A stretch of DNA of 64,000 nucleotides, from contig JBJHCF010000011.1 in assembly GCA_050506795.1 (NCBI GenBank), positions 1 through 64,000 on the forward strand, written 5' to 3'. Numbering within the stretch: position 1 is the stretch's first letter; each line of letters opens with the position of its first letter. Positions 29,555 through 43,027 of this stretch are shown here, in pieces. The notes under the pieces were generated by a model. The model ran no database searches. It saw only the letters and a list, made by a program, of their open reading frames with translations, and was not told the origin of the DNA. The DNA comes from Opitutia bacterium. GTDB taxonomy: Bacteria > Verrucomicrobiota > Verrucomicrobiia > Opitutales > T3Sed10-336. The translations under genes were made by a program, and so were the position numbers.

Positions 29555-29986
29555 TCAGTGACGCAGGTGGGTTAGGCGGCTGAGGGAGAACTGTTTGAAG
29601 CCTGCGTCGAACGTGACCATTTCCAAGCTGGCGCTTTCAGCGAGGGCGGCGAGGTAGGCGTCGGTCCAAAGCTTCGGGGTGGGGGCGCGGGGTTTTATAT
29701 TGGCGTGCCAAAGGGGTTCGAGACCTGGCGGTTCCACGGGCATGAAAGCGGTGCGTTCGTCCAGGATAAGCCGTTGCCAGATGTCCCATGCCTCCGCGGG
29801 GGTGTGGACGTTGTCACCCATGATGACCCGATTGCTCAGGAGACGGAGAACGGCGTGCTGGGTCAAACGGCACCAGGTGGCGGACCCGGCCGCACATGCT
29901 TCCCACCAAGCGTTTGCCACGGTGTGATGTTCGTGGCGCTCAACGAGAATCGGAAGCCAGACGTTGGCGTCAACGAGCGCGTCCAT
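29555..29986 (-). CDS. vapC: PIN-domain VapC toxin (second module)
   Basis: LVDANVW, LRLLSN, WTDAYLAALA, MVTFDAGF. Confidence 0.9.
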   Translation of the reverse strand: MDALVDANVWLPILVERHEHHTVANAWWEACAAGSATWCRLTQHAVLRLLSNRVIMGDNVHTPAEAWDIWQRLILDERTAFMPVEPPGLEPLWHANIKPRAPTPKLWTDAYLAALAESASLEMVTFDAGFKQFSLSRLTHLRH

Positions 29987-30335
29987 GGTCCTCGAGTTCT
30001 TCCTGGTCCATGCGCGCGGCTTCTTCGGCGACGTGATCGGCCCGGATTTCGGAGGCCGTCTCCTCGGCTGGTATCAGTGGGCCGACGATGCGATAGCCGT
30101 TCGGGAATGCGCGCCGAATGGCTATCGCATCGGGATACGCCGCCAGTTCCGAAGCCTTGACTTTGGGCGGCGACGTGAGCGGAGGGTGAAATTCGGGGGC
30201 GGGTGCCTCGCCCTCGTCGCGCAAAAACCGTTCCAAGGATTCGGCGAAGAGTTCCCGCAACTTAATGCCCCGTTCTCCGGCGGCGGCTTTCGCTTTCCGG
30301 TATAAAGGATCGGGCAAATCGACGGTCGTTCTCAT
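29970..30335 (-). CDS. vapB: VapB-like ribbon-helix-helix antitoxin
   Basis: MRTTVDLPDPLYRKAKAAA.ERGI.LREL; overlaps the toxin start by 17 nt. Confidence 0.82.
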   Translation of the reverse strand: MRTTVDLPDPLYRKAKAAAGERGIKLRELFAESLERFLRDEGEAPAPEFHPPLTSPPKVKASELAAYPDAIAIRRAFPNGYRIVGPLIPAEETASEIRADHVAEEAARMDQEELEDHGRAR

Positions 30336-30538
30336 AAAAGCATAAAAACATATTTGGATGGTCCGGGCAAGGGTTTCCACACGACTCCGCACAAAGCGGC
30401 AAATGCCGGCGCGCAGGTCATCGGCGACGAAAAAACGAATCAAGGTTTTATCCGAAAATAGCTTCGTGCGGCGTGGGTGTAGGAAGTGACCGAATCCGAC
30501 GAGAGTGAGTCGGTGGCGGTCGTCTTGGTGCGAATCGC

Positions 30539-31372
30539 TTACGGGTCGATGGCCGAAGTGCCATCGGCTTGATTGCCGAGCGCAAGCAAATGGGTGACGG
30601 TGACGAACTGGTAGCCCATCTCGATGAGGGCATCCAATGTTTCCGGCATCGCGGCGATTGTGGCCGGTTGGGGATCGTGGGCGAGCACAATGGCCCCCGG
30701 GTGTATACCCTCAAGAATGACATCACGAATCCGGTCGGAAGTGAAGCCCCGCCAGTCGTACGAATCGATAGACCAGAGAATGATCTTCATTCCGAAGCGT
30801 TCGTTAATCCACTCGTTCAAGTCTGGATTGGTGGCGCCGTACGGTGGGCGCATCAAGCTGGTTGGCCGGTCGGTAACCGCTTCGATCGCTTCGTTCGTTC
30901 GTTCGAGCTGTTGGAAAACCAAATCGGTTTCCAGGCGGTCAAGATAGGGATGGTCCCAGGAGTGATTGCCGATTTCATGGCCGTCGGCGATCATCCGCTC
31001 GAGGTGATGCCGGTTGGCGGCCGCCCGTTGACCGAGAACGAAAAAGGTGGCGGGAACGTTGCGCTCTTTCAGGATATCTAGCAACTGGCCGGTTAGTTCG
31101 GGGTCGGGTCCGTCGTCGAAGGTAATGGCGATCCAGGGACCGTCGACTTCTATTCTGCCGTATTGGATTTCCTCCGGTCGAGGCCGCTCCGGAACGGAGG
31201 CGGTTTCGGCCGAGGTAGCGAGTTCCCGAGTGGAAGCCGCGGTGCTTTCCGGCGCGGGAGTGCGGCAGCCGGAGATCGCCAACAGAGCGGCCGAGATCGC
31301 GATCCCGGCCGCTCGTGCTCCCGGGAACCGACTGGTGTGTCCATCGATTCGAGTGCGGGCGGTGATAATCAT
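30539..31372 (-). CDS. Polysaccharide deacetylase (CE4/NodB) lipoprotein
   Basis: TFDDGP, HEIGNHSWDH, MRPPYG, IVLAHD; lipobox ISGC. Confidence 0.92.
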   Translation of the reverse strand: MIITARTRIDGHTSRFPGARAAGIAISAALLAISGCRTPAPESTAASTRELATSAETASVPERPRPEEIQYGRIEVDGPWIAITFDDGPDPELTGQLLDILKERNVPATFFVLGQRAAANRHHLERMIADGHEIGNHSWDHPYLDRLETDLVFQQLERTNEAIEAVTDRPTSLMRPPYGATNPDLNEWINERFGMKIILWSIDSYDWRGFTSDRIRDVILEGIHPGAIVLAHDPQPATIAAMPETLDALIEMGYQFVTVTHLLALGNQADGTSAIDP

Positions 31373-31458
31373 GGTGTTTGTAATCCAATACTCTCATGCC
31401 TTGAAGATTGGAAGCACCGAATACACTGAACCCGGGCCGGGATTTTGCAAAACGCAGA

Positions 31459-35205
<3,747 letters not shown>

Positions 35206-35253
35206 AAAGCTAAAATTCTTTGAAAGGTACAAATTCGCAAAACGCCCATCAGG

Positions 35254-35290
35254 TGTCAACAGAGATATCATGATATGCGGATATCTTGAT
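35254..35290 (-). promoter_or_regulatory. metH upstream operator-like repeat adjacent to a TTGACA -35 box
   Basis: GATATC(A/T)TGAT repeated at 35264 and 35280; palindrome ATATCATGATAT at 35265-35276; TTGACA on the minus strand at 35259-35254. Confidence 0.55.
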
Positions 35291-35387
35291 GGAATAATAC
35301 ATCGATGTGCTCAAGCCGGGGCGCGGGGCAAGCCCGATCCTGAGGGTCGATCCGGATCCGATTTCGATTCTCCGCGAGGAATGCCGG

Positions 35388-36491
35388 TTAATGGTGACCG
35401 GGAAACAAGACTTCAAACGCCCGCCGGGCGGCATCTACCCGATTGTCCACCCCAAGTCTGCGGTACACGGTTTCCAGGTGCTTCTCCACGGTTCGCGAGC
35501 TGATACCCAGGAACTGGGCGATGGCATGGTCGGTTTTCCCGTCGGCGATGTGTCGCAGAATTTCCGCCTGGCGCGGCGTGAGGCCCAGGGAACGCAAGGG
35601 TCTTGCGCTTAGAGTGTCGGACGTTTCCTTGAAGATCAGCGCGAATTCGCGGCGACCGCCCGGATGGAGCGGCAGCGAGGCAAAACGTACGATGACCCGG
35701 CCGCGAGAGTGTTTGAGGACCAGTTTGTGGTTTCCGGAGCCATCACTCAGCGGGTTGATCTGCCGGAAAATCATCCGGTCGAGATACGCTTTGAGGCGCG
35801 GAGACAGACGTCCCGGCGTGAGCCGACTGGATTCGTCGCTGAGCGCCAGCAGTTTGTCCACCTTGCGCGACCGGTAGATAATGCGTCCCTGGGCGTCGGT
35901 GAGCAGGAAGCCTTCGCCGGTAGCGTCCAACGTCTGCCGCAAACGCAGGTTTTCCCGCTGTAGGTTTCTCCAATGCAGAGTATTGACGAACACCTGGTCC
36001 AGGTGAGGAGTGAAAAGTTCGAGGAGTTTTACCTCCTGGCGATTAAAATCACGGCCGTCGCGGTCGAGGATGATCTCGCGACAGCGGCCTTCGCGGGAGA
36101 ACAGGGCGGTGGTCAGTTGGTGACTGATGCCCATGGGGCGGTAAAACTCGTTATAAATGGCCGTCTTGCGAAACTGGCGGTCCGGCTGAAGGTCACTGAT
36201 GCGCAGCACCCGGCTTCGTTTGTTACGGCGGTAATATTCGACCACTGGTTGTTCGTCCATGTGGGCGTTGAAAGCGGACCGAAATCGTTCGAAGTCCTCC
36301 CGGCGTCCTGTGTAGTACTCGTTTTCGAACCCCGTTCCGTCGTCGCGGAGTTCGGCGTACCTGACCACCTCGGAAGGAATCAACCCGCGCACCAGCTCCG
36401 CGGTTCGGCGCGCCAGTACCTCCGGATCGGCGGGCGTGTAGAGCTCCTGCAGCGCCCGGCTGAGTTTTTCCATGGTCGAAACGTTCCTCAT
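35388..36491 (-). CDS. LuxR-family HTH regulator with N-terminal GAF/PAS-like sensor region
   Basis: C-terminal LTPRQAEILRHIADGKTDHAIAQFLGISSRTVEKHLETVYRRLGV; start uncertain. Confidence 0.87.
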   Translation of the reverse strand: MRNVSTMEKLSRALQELYTPADPEVLARRTAELVRGLIPSEVVRYAELRDDGTGFENEYYTGRREDFERFRSAFNAHMDEQPVVEYYRRNKRSRVLRISDLQPDRQFRKTAIYNEFYRPMGISHQLTTALFSREGRCREIILDRDGRDFNRQEVKLLELFTPHLDQVFVNTLHWRNLQRENLRLRQTLDATGEGFLLTDAQGRIIYRSRKVDKLLALSDESSRLTPGRLSPRLKAYLDRMIFRQINPLSDGSGNHKLVLKHSRGRVIVRFASLPLHPGGRREFALIFKETSDTLSARPLRSLGLTPRQAEILRHIADGKTDHAIAQFLGISSRTVEKHLETVYRRLGVDNRVDAARRAFEVLFPGHH

Positions 36492-36723
36492 TGTTTGATG
36501 AATCGGCGGACGGGTATTGCCGGCAGTGATTGCGGGTCTTAATTTTGCGGTCAATAGCGGAGATTGCAAGAAAGTAGAGGCCGCAGAGTCCGATTGTTAC
36601 CGATTTGACGAAATTTTCGCGTCCGAAAGAAAAAAAAGTTCTAAACGTCGGATACGGGGATTTTGAAATTGGCCAGGCGAGTCGGCTCTGGTTTTGTGGA
36701 ATTCGGATTTATCAGTTACTGGC

Positions 36724-38160
36724 ATGCGTATTTATTTTCTGGGTATTTGCGGAACGGCTATGGGCAACGCGGCGTTGCTGTTGCGGTCGCTTGGGCACAC
36801 GGTCACAGGGGTGGATGAAAACGTGTATCCACCGATGAGTGACGTTTTGGCGGAGGCGGGCGTTCGCATCCGTTCGGGCTACGATCCGGGGGTGCTGGAG
36901 AAAGAATCCCCGGACCTCGTCGTGGTGGGGAATGCACTCAGCCGGGGAAATCCGGAAGTCGAGTGGCTCCTGAGTAAACGGAGCATCCCAATGACCTCCC
37001 TGCCGGAATTGCTCTCCCGCTTTGTTTTATCCGGCCGCCGGACGGTGGTGGTTTCCGGCACCCACGGCAAAACGACGACCAGCGCGTTGGCGGCTTATCT
37101 GCTGAGGGAGTCCGGCCGTTCTCCCGGTTACTTCATCGGGGGGGTGCCCCGTGACCTGCCCGCCGGGGTCGACCTCGGAGAGTCTTGCGATCCCTTTGTG
37201 ATCGAGGGTGACGAATATGACAGCGCGTTTTTCGACAAACGCGGCAAGTTTATTCACTATCGGCCGGAGATTCTGGTGGTTAACAACATCGAATTCGATC
37301 ATGCGGATATTTTCCGCGACCTGACGGATGTGCAGCGGAGCTTTTCTCATCTTTACCGGTTGGTTCCGGCCGACGGCTGGATTTTGGCCAATGGTGACGA
37401 CTCCAATTGCCCCCGGGCCGAAGCGGTTCCCTGGACGCGCTTAGTGCGAGTGGGAATGGGTGAGGAGAACGACCTCCGCATCCAGGATTTTCATGAAGAC
37501 GGGGAGGGAACCGCTTTCCGTTTGATCTGGCGGGGTCGCGAATGGGCCAAGGTCTCCTGGCTTCAGCCGGGCGAGTTCAATGCCCGCAATGCCGCCATGG
37601 CGGCATTGGCTTCCGCGCTGGCGGTTCATCCGGAAGATCCGGTGCAATTCCCTTTGCAGGCGCTGTCCCGGTTTGGCGGGGTGCGAAGGAGGATGGAGCC
37701 GCTTCACGGTACGCCGGAGGTTGCCGTATTCGAGGACTTTGGACACCACCCGACCGCCATAGAACAAACCCTGAAGGCGCTTCGGCGGCGCTTTCCGGGA
37801 ACGGAGATTTATGCCGTGGTGGAACCGCGCAGCAATACCATGCGGGGCCGCCATCTTCAGGAACCGCTCATTGCTGCTTTGAAGAATTCCGATTGTGTTG
37901 TGATTGGGGTGGTGAGTCGCGGTGACCGCCTTCCGGAACATCAGCGCCTTGATACATTCCATGTGGCGGAGTGCCTTCGTAAAACAGAGACGGATGCCGT
38001 GGCGGTGAGGGATAACGCGGAGATATTGGAAGAGCTTGCGAGGCGGGACCAGGTTGGCCGTGGTTTGCCTCGAGTGGTGGTGTTTTTCACCAACGGTTCG
38101 TTCGACGGTATTCCCCGGCGGTATGCCGATTCCCTGAAGGTGCTGGTGAACCAACCGTAA
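36724..38160 (+). CDS. mpl: UDP-MurNAc:L-Ala-gamma-D-Glu-meso-DAP ligase (murein peptide ligase)
   Basis: IYFLGICGTAMG, VYPPMS, GTHGKTTT, EGDEYDSAFFDK, EFDHADIF, DFGHHPTAI, EPRSNTM. Confidence 0.93.
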   Translation: MRIYFLGICGTAMGNAALLLRSLGHTVTGVDENVYPPMSDVLAEAGVRIRSGYDPGVLEKESPDLVVVGNALSRGNPEVEWLLSKRSIPMTSLPELLSRFVLSGRRTVVVSGTHGKTTTSALAAYLLRESGRSPGYFIGGVPRDLPAGVDLGESCDPFVIEGDEYDSAFFDKRGKFIHYRPEILVVNNIEFDHADIFRDLTDVQRSFSHLYRLVPADGWILANGDDSNCPRAEAVPWTRLVRVGMGEENDLRIQDFHEDGEGTAFRLIWRGREWAKVSWLQPGEFNARNAAMAALASALAVHPEDPVQFPLQALSRFGGVRRRMEPLHGTPEVAVFEDFGHHPTAIEQTLKALRRRFPGTEIYAVVEPRSNTMRGRHLQEPLIAALKNSDCVVIGVVSRGDRLPEHQRLDTFHVAECLRKTETDAVAVRDNAEILEELARRDQVGRGLPRVVVFFTNGSFDGIPRRYADSLKVLVNQP

Positions 38161-38171
38161 TGTGGTTCACC
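38145..38171. terminator. Hairpin at the convergent mpl/peptidase junction
   Basis: GGTGAACCA-N9-TGGTTCACC. Confidence 0.4.
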
Positions 38172-38193
38172 GGAAGGGTTGACCCGAGAAACT

Positions 38194-39783
38194 TCACGAC
38201 GCTTCGGTTTCGACGAATTGGCCGATGAAGTGCCGGGGATTTAGAGGCTCTCCGGTGGCCAGTTCGAGCTTTCTATTCCAGTGATGGCGGGCTCCCGGGT
38301 GGAAAAACCGCTCCTGGAGGTAGTCTCCGGTTTCCGGACTAAAGAACTCGGATGAAACGTCGCGTTCCAGGCAGGCGGACAACTGTGACGCTGTGAGCTC
38401 GCCCAACAGGTAATTCTGATAATAAACCGGGGCGAGCGTGAAATGGATCTTGGCCGCCCAGTGAGGGGCGGCGGTGTTTTCCGGGGGATTGACCCGCTGA
38501 ATGTCGGCCACCAGTTTCCACCACAAGCGATTCAGATCCTGATCAGGATCCCGGTAAAGCTCGCGCTCGAAGAAGGTCATGGTCAGGATCCAGCGCGCGG
38601 CCACCAGCATTTGCCGGCGCAGGGTCCGTCGCACATTTTTCCCGATCTTGCCGGCTTCCTGCTCGGAGACTCCCGCGAAACGGGTCAGCCAGGCGGTGGT
38701 CTTGTTCAGTCGGCCGAACAGCATGGCGATGCCTTCGGTGGTCAGGGTATGCGCCGGACGGCGCAGCAGGAAGGGCAGATCGGGATCCAGGTGTTTGTCG
38801 TAAATCGCATGCCCGAACTCGTGCAGCATCACCATCATCCAGTGGTGATTGGGAGCGTTGTTACAAAGAACCCGGATATCGCCGCGGCGGTCGATGTGGG
38901 TGCAGAACGCGTGTTGGTTTTTTCCGTCGCGAGGGTACAGGTCGCTGCGTTCCAGAATGTCGGTGATGTCCAGCCCGACCCGGGCGAACGTGTCGACGGT
39001 CAGCTTCTCAAGGTCGGCGTCGCGATAGTAGGCGTCGAAGTCGATGTCGGCGGAAGGCGGGGCTTCCTGGAAGAAGGGGTCCGCGTAGTGCCACGGGCGC
39101 AGGTCATTCCGGGAGCAGTCGAACCGACGGATCAGTTCATCGTCGATTTCGTTCTTCAAATCGCGGAAAGATTCGTCGGTCAGCTCCTTCAGTCGCTCAA
39201 AGGTGGCAAACACGAAATCCCGGTCCAGTTCCTGCAGGTGGTACGCCATGGCGTGGTGATCTTCGAACCCGAGAGAGCGTGCCGCGGCGTTGCGCTTGCG
39301 AACCAGGTCGAGGAGTTCGGCCTCCACTTTTTCACCGATCGTTTTCGAGGCTTCCCAGGCGGCCTTCCGTTCGCTCGAGTCGCTGCTCTGGGTCAGAATC
39401 CGGCGTATTTCGTTGTCGGATACCGATTTTCCTTCAAGGCAGGCGCGGTGGGTGTTGAAGGTGTGTTTGAGGCGGGTGGAGATCTCCGCCATGGTTTTTA
39501 GTTCCTTTTCGGGGATTTGATTGGGCAGAAAGCTCCGTTGCAGGTGTTCCAACTGACGCCGCTCCAGGTCGTCCGCGTCGTCGCTTTCCAGCAAACGGTT
39601 GACCTCGGCGAAGCGCTCCCGGCCGGCGCAATAGAGGTCCCATGCGATCTGGGTCTCGGCGGCTTTCTTCACCCATTTTGGCGCGCCGGTCGTGGCCGCC
39701 ATCCAGGAGGCTTCGGCCCGGTCCACGTGCCGTTTCTCCAGTTCGCGGTTATGGATTCGCAGGCGGGAGTTAATCTTCGTCAT
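38194..39783 (-). CDS. M2/M3-like gluzincin metallopeptidase
   Basis: HEFGH zinc motif, downstream TEGIA, KNQHAFC, HF..APVYYQNYLLGE. Confidence 0.87.
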   Translation of the reverse strand: MTKINSRLRIHNRELEKRHVDRAEASWMAATTGAPKWVKKAAETQIAWDLYCAGRERFAEVNRLLESDDADDLERRQLEHLQRSFLPNQIPEKELKTMAEISTRLKHTFNTHRACLEGKSVSDNEIRRILTQSSDSSERKAAWEASKTIGEKVEAELLDLVRKRNAAARSLGFEDHHAMAYHLQELDRDFVFATFERLKELTDESFRDLKNEIDDELIRRFDCSRNDLRPWHYADPFFQEAPPSADIDFDAYYRDADLEKLTVDTFARVGLDITDILERSDLYPRDGKNQHAFCTHIDRRGDIRVLCNNAPNHHWMMVMLHEFGHAIYDKHLDPDLPFLLRRPAHTLTTEGIAMLFGRLNKTTAWLTRFAGVSEQEAGKIGKNVRRTLRRQMLVAARWILTMTFFERELYRDPDQDLNRLWWKLVADIQRVNPPENTAAPHWAAKIHFTLAPVYYQNYLLGELTASQLSACLERDVSSEFFSPETGDYLQERFFHPGARHHWNRKLELATGEPLNPRHFIGQFVETEAS

Positions 39784-41302
39784 GGCTCATTCCCAGGAAA
39801 AGACGGTAGGCCGGGTCGTTCGTCACCTCGTGACGACGGAAGCCGATCCGGTCCAGCATTTGGTTGAAAGCGGGCAATTGGTCTGTGGCGACCTGTGCAC
39901 CGAGCAGAACGCGGCTGTGAGCGGCGCCGTGATTGCGGTAGTGAAACAGGGAGATATTCCAGCGGGAGCCGAGCGACATGAGAAACGTGAGCAGGGCGCC
40001 TGGGCGTTCCGGAAATACGAATTGGAACACGTGTTCATCCGCGACGTCCGGAGCGTGGCCTCCGACCATGTGACGAATATGCTGCTTGGCCAGGTCGTTG
40101 TCGGTGAGGTCGGTCACTCCGTAGCCTTTCGCCCGCAGGTCCCGGACCAGCGCCACCCGCTCCTCTCCGCCCTCCGGGACCTGCACCCCGACAAACACGC
40201 GGGCCTCGCGGCGGTCGGCGTAGCGGTAGTTGAATTCGGTGATACTGCGTTTGCCGAGGGTCCCGATGAATTCGCGAAAACTTCCCGGTCTTTCCGGAAT
40301 GGATACGGCGAGCACCACTTCCCTTTTTTCCCCGATTTCGGTCCTCTCGGAAACGTAGCGCAACCGATCGAAGTTGACGTTGGCGCCGCTAATGACGGCG
40401 ATGAGGGACTGGTCGCGCACCTTCTCGCGCACCGCGTATTTTTTGAGACCGGCCAAGGCCAGGGCGCCGGCGGGTTCGGCGATGGAGCGGGTGTCCTCGA
40501 AGACGTCCTTGATGGCGGCGCAAATCTCGTCGGCCGTCACCGTGATGGATTCATCGACCTGGTTGCGGCAGATTTTCCAGGGGTGGCGTCCCACCTGACC
40601 GACGGCCACGCCTTCGGCGAAAAGACCGACTTCCTTCAGGGCCACCCGGCGTCGCGCTTTGAGGGCGGCGTGCAGGCAGGCGGAGTCTTCCGGCTCGACG
40701 CCGATGACTTTTACCTCGGGCCGGAGGTACTTGAGGTAAACCGCCATGCCGGCAATCAAGCCGCCGCCGCCGACGGGAACGAATACCGCGTCGAAACGCC
40801 CGCTGAACTGGCGGACCAGTTCCATGGCTATCGTCCCCTGGCCGGCGATCACCTCTTCGTCGTCGTAGGGGGGAATGTAGGTGAATCCTTTTTCCTCTGT
40901 TAAACGGGCGGCGTGGCGGGCGGCTTCGTCGAAGGTATCGCCTTTCAGGATCACCTGGGCGTCCCGGGCGCGCACCAGGTTGACCTTGATCTCCGGGGTG
41001 GTGCGGGGCATTACGATGACCGCCCGGATGCCGAGTTTTGCCGCCGCCAGGGCGACGCCCTGGGCATGGTTTCCCGCCGAAGCCGCGATCACGCCGCGTT
41101 CCTTCGCCCGGTCCGGCAGTTGCACCATCTTATTGTAGGCGCCGCGGAGCTTAAAGGAAAACACGGGTTGCAGGTCTTCGCGTTTGAGAAACACCGCGTT
41201 GTGCAGACGCCGTGACATCATCGGGGCCGGCGTAAGCGGCGACTCGATAGCCACGTCATAGACACGGGCGTCCAGGATCTTTTTCAAATAGCGTTCTAGC
41301 AC
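39770..41302 (-). CDS. ilvA: Biosynthetic threonine ammonia-lyase with tandem ACT-like regulatory domains
   Basis: KREDLQPVFSFKLRGAYN, SAGNHAQG, VGGGGL, PERPGSF / PERPGAL, HYRNHGA. Confidence 0.96.
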   Translation of the reverse strand: MLERYLKKILDARVYDVAIESPLTPAPMMSRRLHNAVFLKREDLQPVFSFKLRGAYNKMVQLPDRAKERGVIAASAGNHAQGVALAAAKLGIRAVIVMPRTTPEIKVNLVRARDAQVILKGDTFDEAARHAARLTEEKGFTYIPPYDDEEVIAGQGTIAMELVRQFSGRFDAVFVPVGGGGLIAGMAVYLKYLRPEVKVIGVEPEDSACLHAALKARRRVALKEVGLFAEGVAVGQVGRHPWKICRNQVDESITVTADEICAAIKDVFEDTRSIAEPAGALALAGLKKYAVREKVRDQSLIAVISGANVNFDRLRYVSERTEIGEKREVVLAVSIPERPGSFREFIGTLGKRSITEFNYRYADRREARVFVGVQVPEGGEERVALVRDLRAKGYGVTDLTDNDLAKQHIRHMVGGHAPDVADEHVFQFVFPERPGALLTFLMSLGSRWNISLFHYRNHGAAHSRVLLGAQVATDQLPAFNQMLDRIGFRRHEVTNDPAYRLFLGMSHDED

Positions 41303-41466
41303 AGCTCAGGCATCAGGTGAGTTTGGAAAACCGCGAATTGACTCAGAGGCGAGCCTGCGCGTTCTCGCCGGTATTCGCAAGACCAGGGATTTTTTCAGCT
41401 TGGAAACTTTCCACCGCCGGTGTTGTTACTGCGGTTCTTTCCGTTTCGTTTTCGCTCAGGTGACGG

Positions 41467-42714
41467 TCAATAGTTCCCTCCGGCGCAGGCTCGGCCGCCC
41501 AGGAACCCTGTTGTCCAGGCGGCCTGGAAGTTGAAGCCGCCGGTCACGCCGTCGAGATCGAGGCATTCGCCGCCGAAATGGAGTCCCGGGACCGAACGGC
41601 TTTCCATGGTGCGAAAGTCGACCTCGCGCAGGCGCACACCGCCGCAGGTGACGAATTCCTCCTTGTTCATGGTTTTGCCGTTCACGGTGAAACGGGCGTC
41701 GAGGACCTCGGTCAGGAGTGCCGCTTCTCGTTCCCGGGACAGCCGGGCCCAGGGTTCGTCCGGGCCGATGCCGGCGGCCGCGACAAGATTCTCCCACAGC
41801 CTGGCCGGCAGTCCCTCTGGCGGGCTGTTTTTTATCGTGCGTTTGCCGTGGCCACGGCGCAGGTCGGCGAATTGGGCGCGCAAGGTCTCCGGCTTGGTCC
41901 GGCCGACCCAGGAAACGGACAACTCCCCGCGGTAACCGAGTTCCTGGAATCGACGGGCTTCCCAGGCGGAAAGGCGGAGGACGGCGGGTCCGCTGAAACC
42001 TTTGTGGGTGATCAGCAAGGGACCGAATCGCGGGGTGCCTTTGGGCGCCAGGGCCACCCGCGCCAGATCGACCGAGACGCCGGGAAGGCTTTGTATTCGC
42101 GGGTCCCTGACATCCAGAGCGAACAGCGAAGGCGCCAGGGGCTCGATGGTGTGGCCCAGTTCCCGGAGCGATGCGACCAGCGGCGAGCCCCGCAGGGATC
42201 CGGGGGCGACAAAGACGCGGTCGGCACGAAAGGTCTCGCCGCCGGCGAGGTCGAGCTCGAACCCGTCGTCATCCCGGCCCAACGCGGTGACGCCGGTTCC
42301 GGTCCGGATTCGGACTCCGGCCTTTCGCGCCGCTTGCAGGAGGCAGTCGATAATGCTCTGCGACCGGTCGCTGACCGGGAATACGCGTCCGTCCGGTTCG
42401 GTCTTGAGCCGGACGCCGCGCTGTTCGAACCAGTCCATGGTGTCGCGGGGTTGCCAGCGGTGAAAGGCGCCCCGCAGTTCCCGGCCGCCGCGCGGGTAGT
42501 TTTCGGCCAGGCGGGCCGGATCGAAGCAGGAGTGAGTGACGTTGCAGCGGCCGCCTCCTGAGATCCTGACCTTGGCCAGGACCCCGGAGCTTTTTTCAAA
42601 GAGGTCGACCCTGGCGTCCGGCCGGGATTCCGCCGCGGTGATGGCGGCGAAAAAACCGGCCGCGCCGCCCCCAATCACAGCGATGCGCGGCGCGGGTTGC
42701 GAGGAATCGGACAT
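41467..42714 (-). CDS. HI0933/BaiN/YhiN-family flavoprotein
   Basis: IGGGAAG, KVRISGGGRCNVT, LITH.GFSGP, VTCGGV, GECLDLDGVTGGFNFQAAW. Confidence 0.93.
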   Translation of the reverse strand: MSDSSQPAPRIAVIGGGAAGFFAAITAAESRPDARVDLFEKSSGVLAKVRISGGGRCNVTHSCFDPARLAENYPRGGRELRGAFHRWQPRDTMDWFEQRGVRLKTEPDGRVFPVSDRSQSIIDCLLQAARKAGVRIRTGTGVTALGRDDDGFELDLAGGETFRADRVFVAPGSLRGSPLVASLRELGHTIEPLAPSLFALDVRDPRIQSLPGVSVDLARVALAPKGTPRFGPLLITHKGFSGPAVLRLSAWEARRFQELGYRGELSVSWVGRTKPETLRAQFADLRRGHGKRTIKNSPPEGLPARLWENLVAAAGIGPDEPWARLSREREAALLTEVLDARFTVNGKTMNKEEFVTCGGVRLREVDFRTMESRSVPGLHFGGECLDLDGVTGGFNFQAAWTTGFLGGRACAGGNY

Positions 42715-42757
42715 CGTTTCAGCAGAGCGAGAGCGGAGGAGCGACCGGAGGCTCTAA

Positions 42758-43027
42758 CCTGGATTATTCACGAAGCCCAGAAGTGATGAAGCGCAAGGCG
42801 CGACCCGTACCGAGCCGAAGGCGACATCCCGCCATCCGTGCGGGCGTCCCGGCAAGCCGTGGATAACCAAGAGGATTGTAGGGTCGCAACGCCGCGATTC
42901 GCGCTTGTGGGCGAGAGGATTGCGCAAAATACCGGACGTCAAAAAAGTCCCGCACCCGACTTAACCATAACAAATTCATAGAAAATATCTTAAGTTGTTT
43001 TTTGCGCAATCCGGTGAATAATTCAGG
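42758..43027. mobile_element. 270-bp MITE with 14-bp terminal inverted repeats and CTAA target-site duplication
   Basis: Left CTAA|CCTGGATTATTCAC; right GTGAATAATTCAGG|CTAA (13/14 match); internal perfect 13-bp IR at 42917-42929 / 43000-43012; no transposase ORF. Confidence 0.85.

Noticed and set aside
18716..30538. Accessory region as a prophage or ICE
   Set aside because: No integrase, terminase, capsid, relaxase or att repeats recognisable.
35206..35387. SAM or cobalamin riboswitch upstream of metH
   Set aside because: Conserved riboswitch core motifs not seen; the leader is short.
41303..41466. Possible ilvA attenuator or leader peptide
   Set aside because: No Ile/Leu/Val-rich leader ORF or terminator with U-tract visible.
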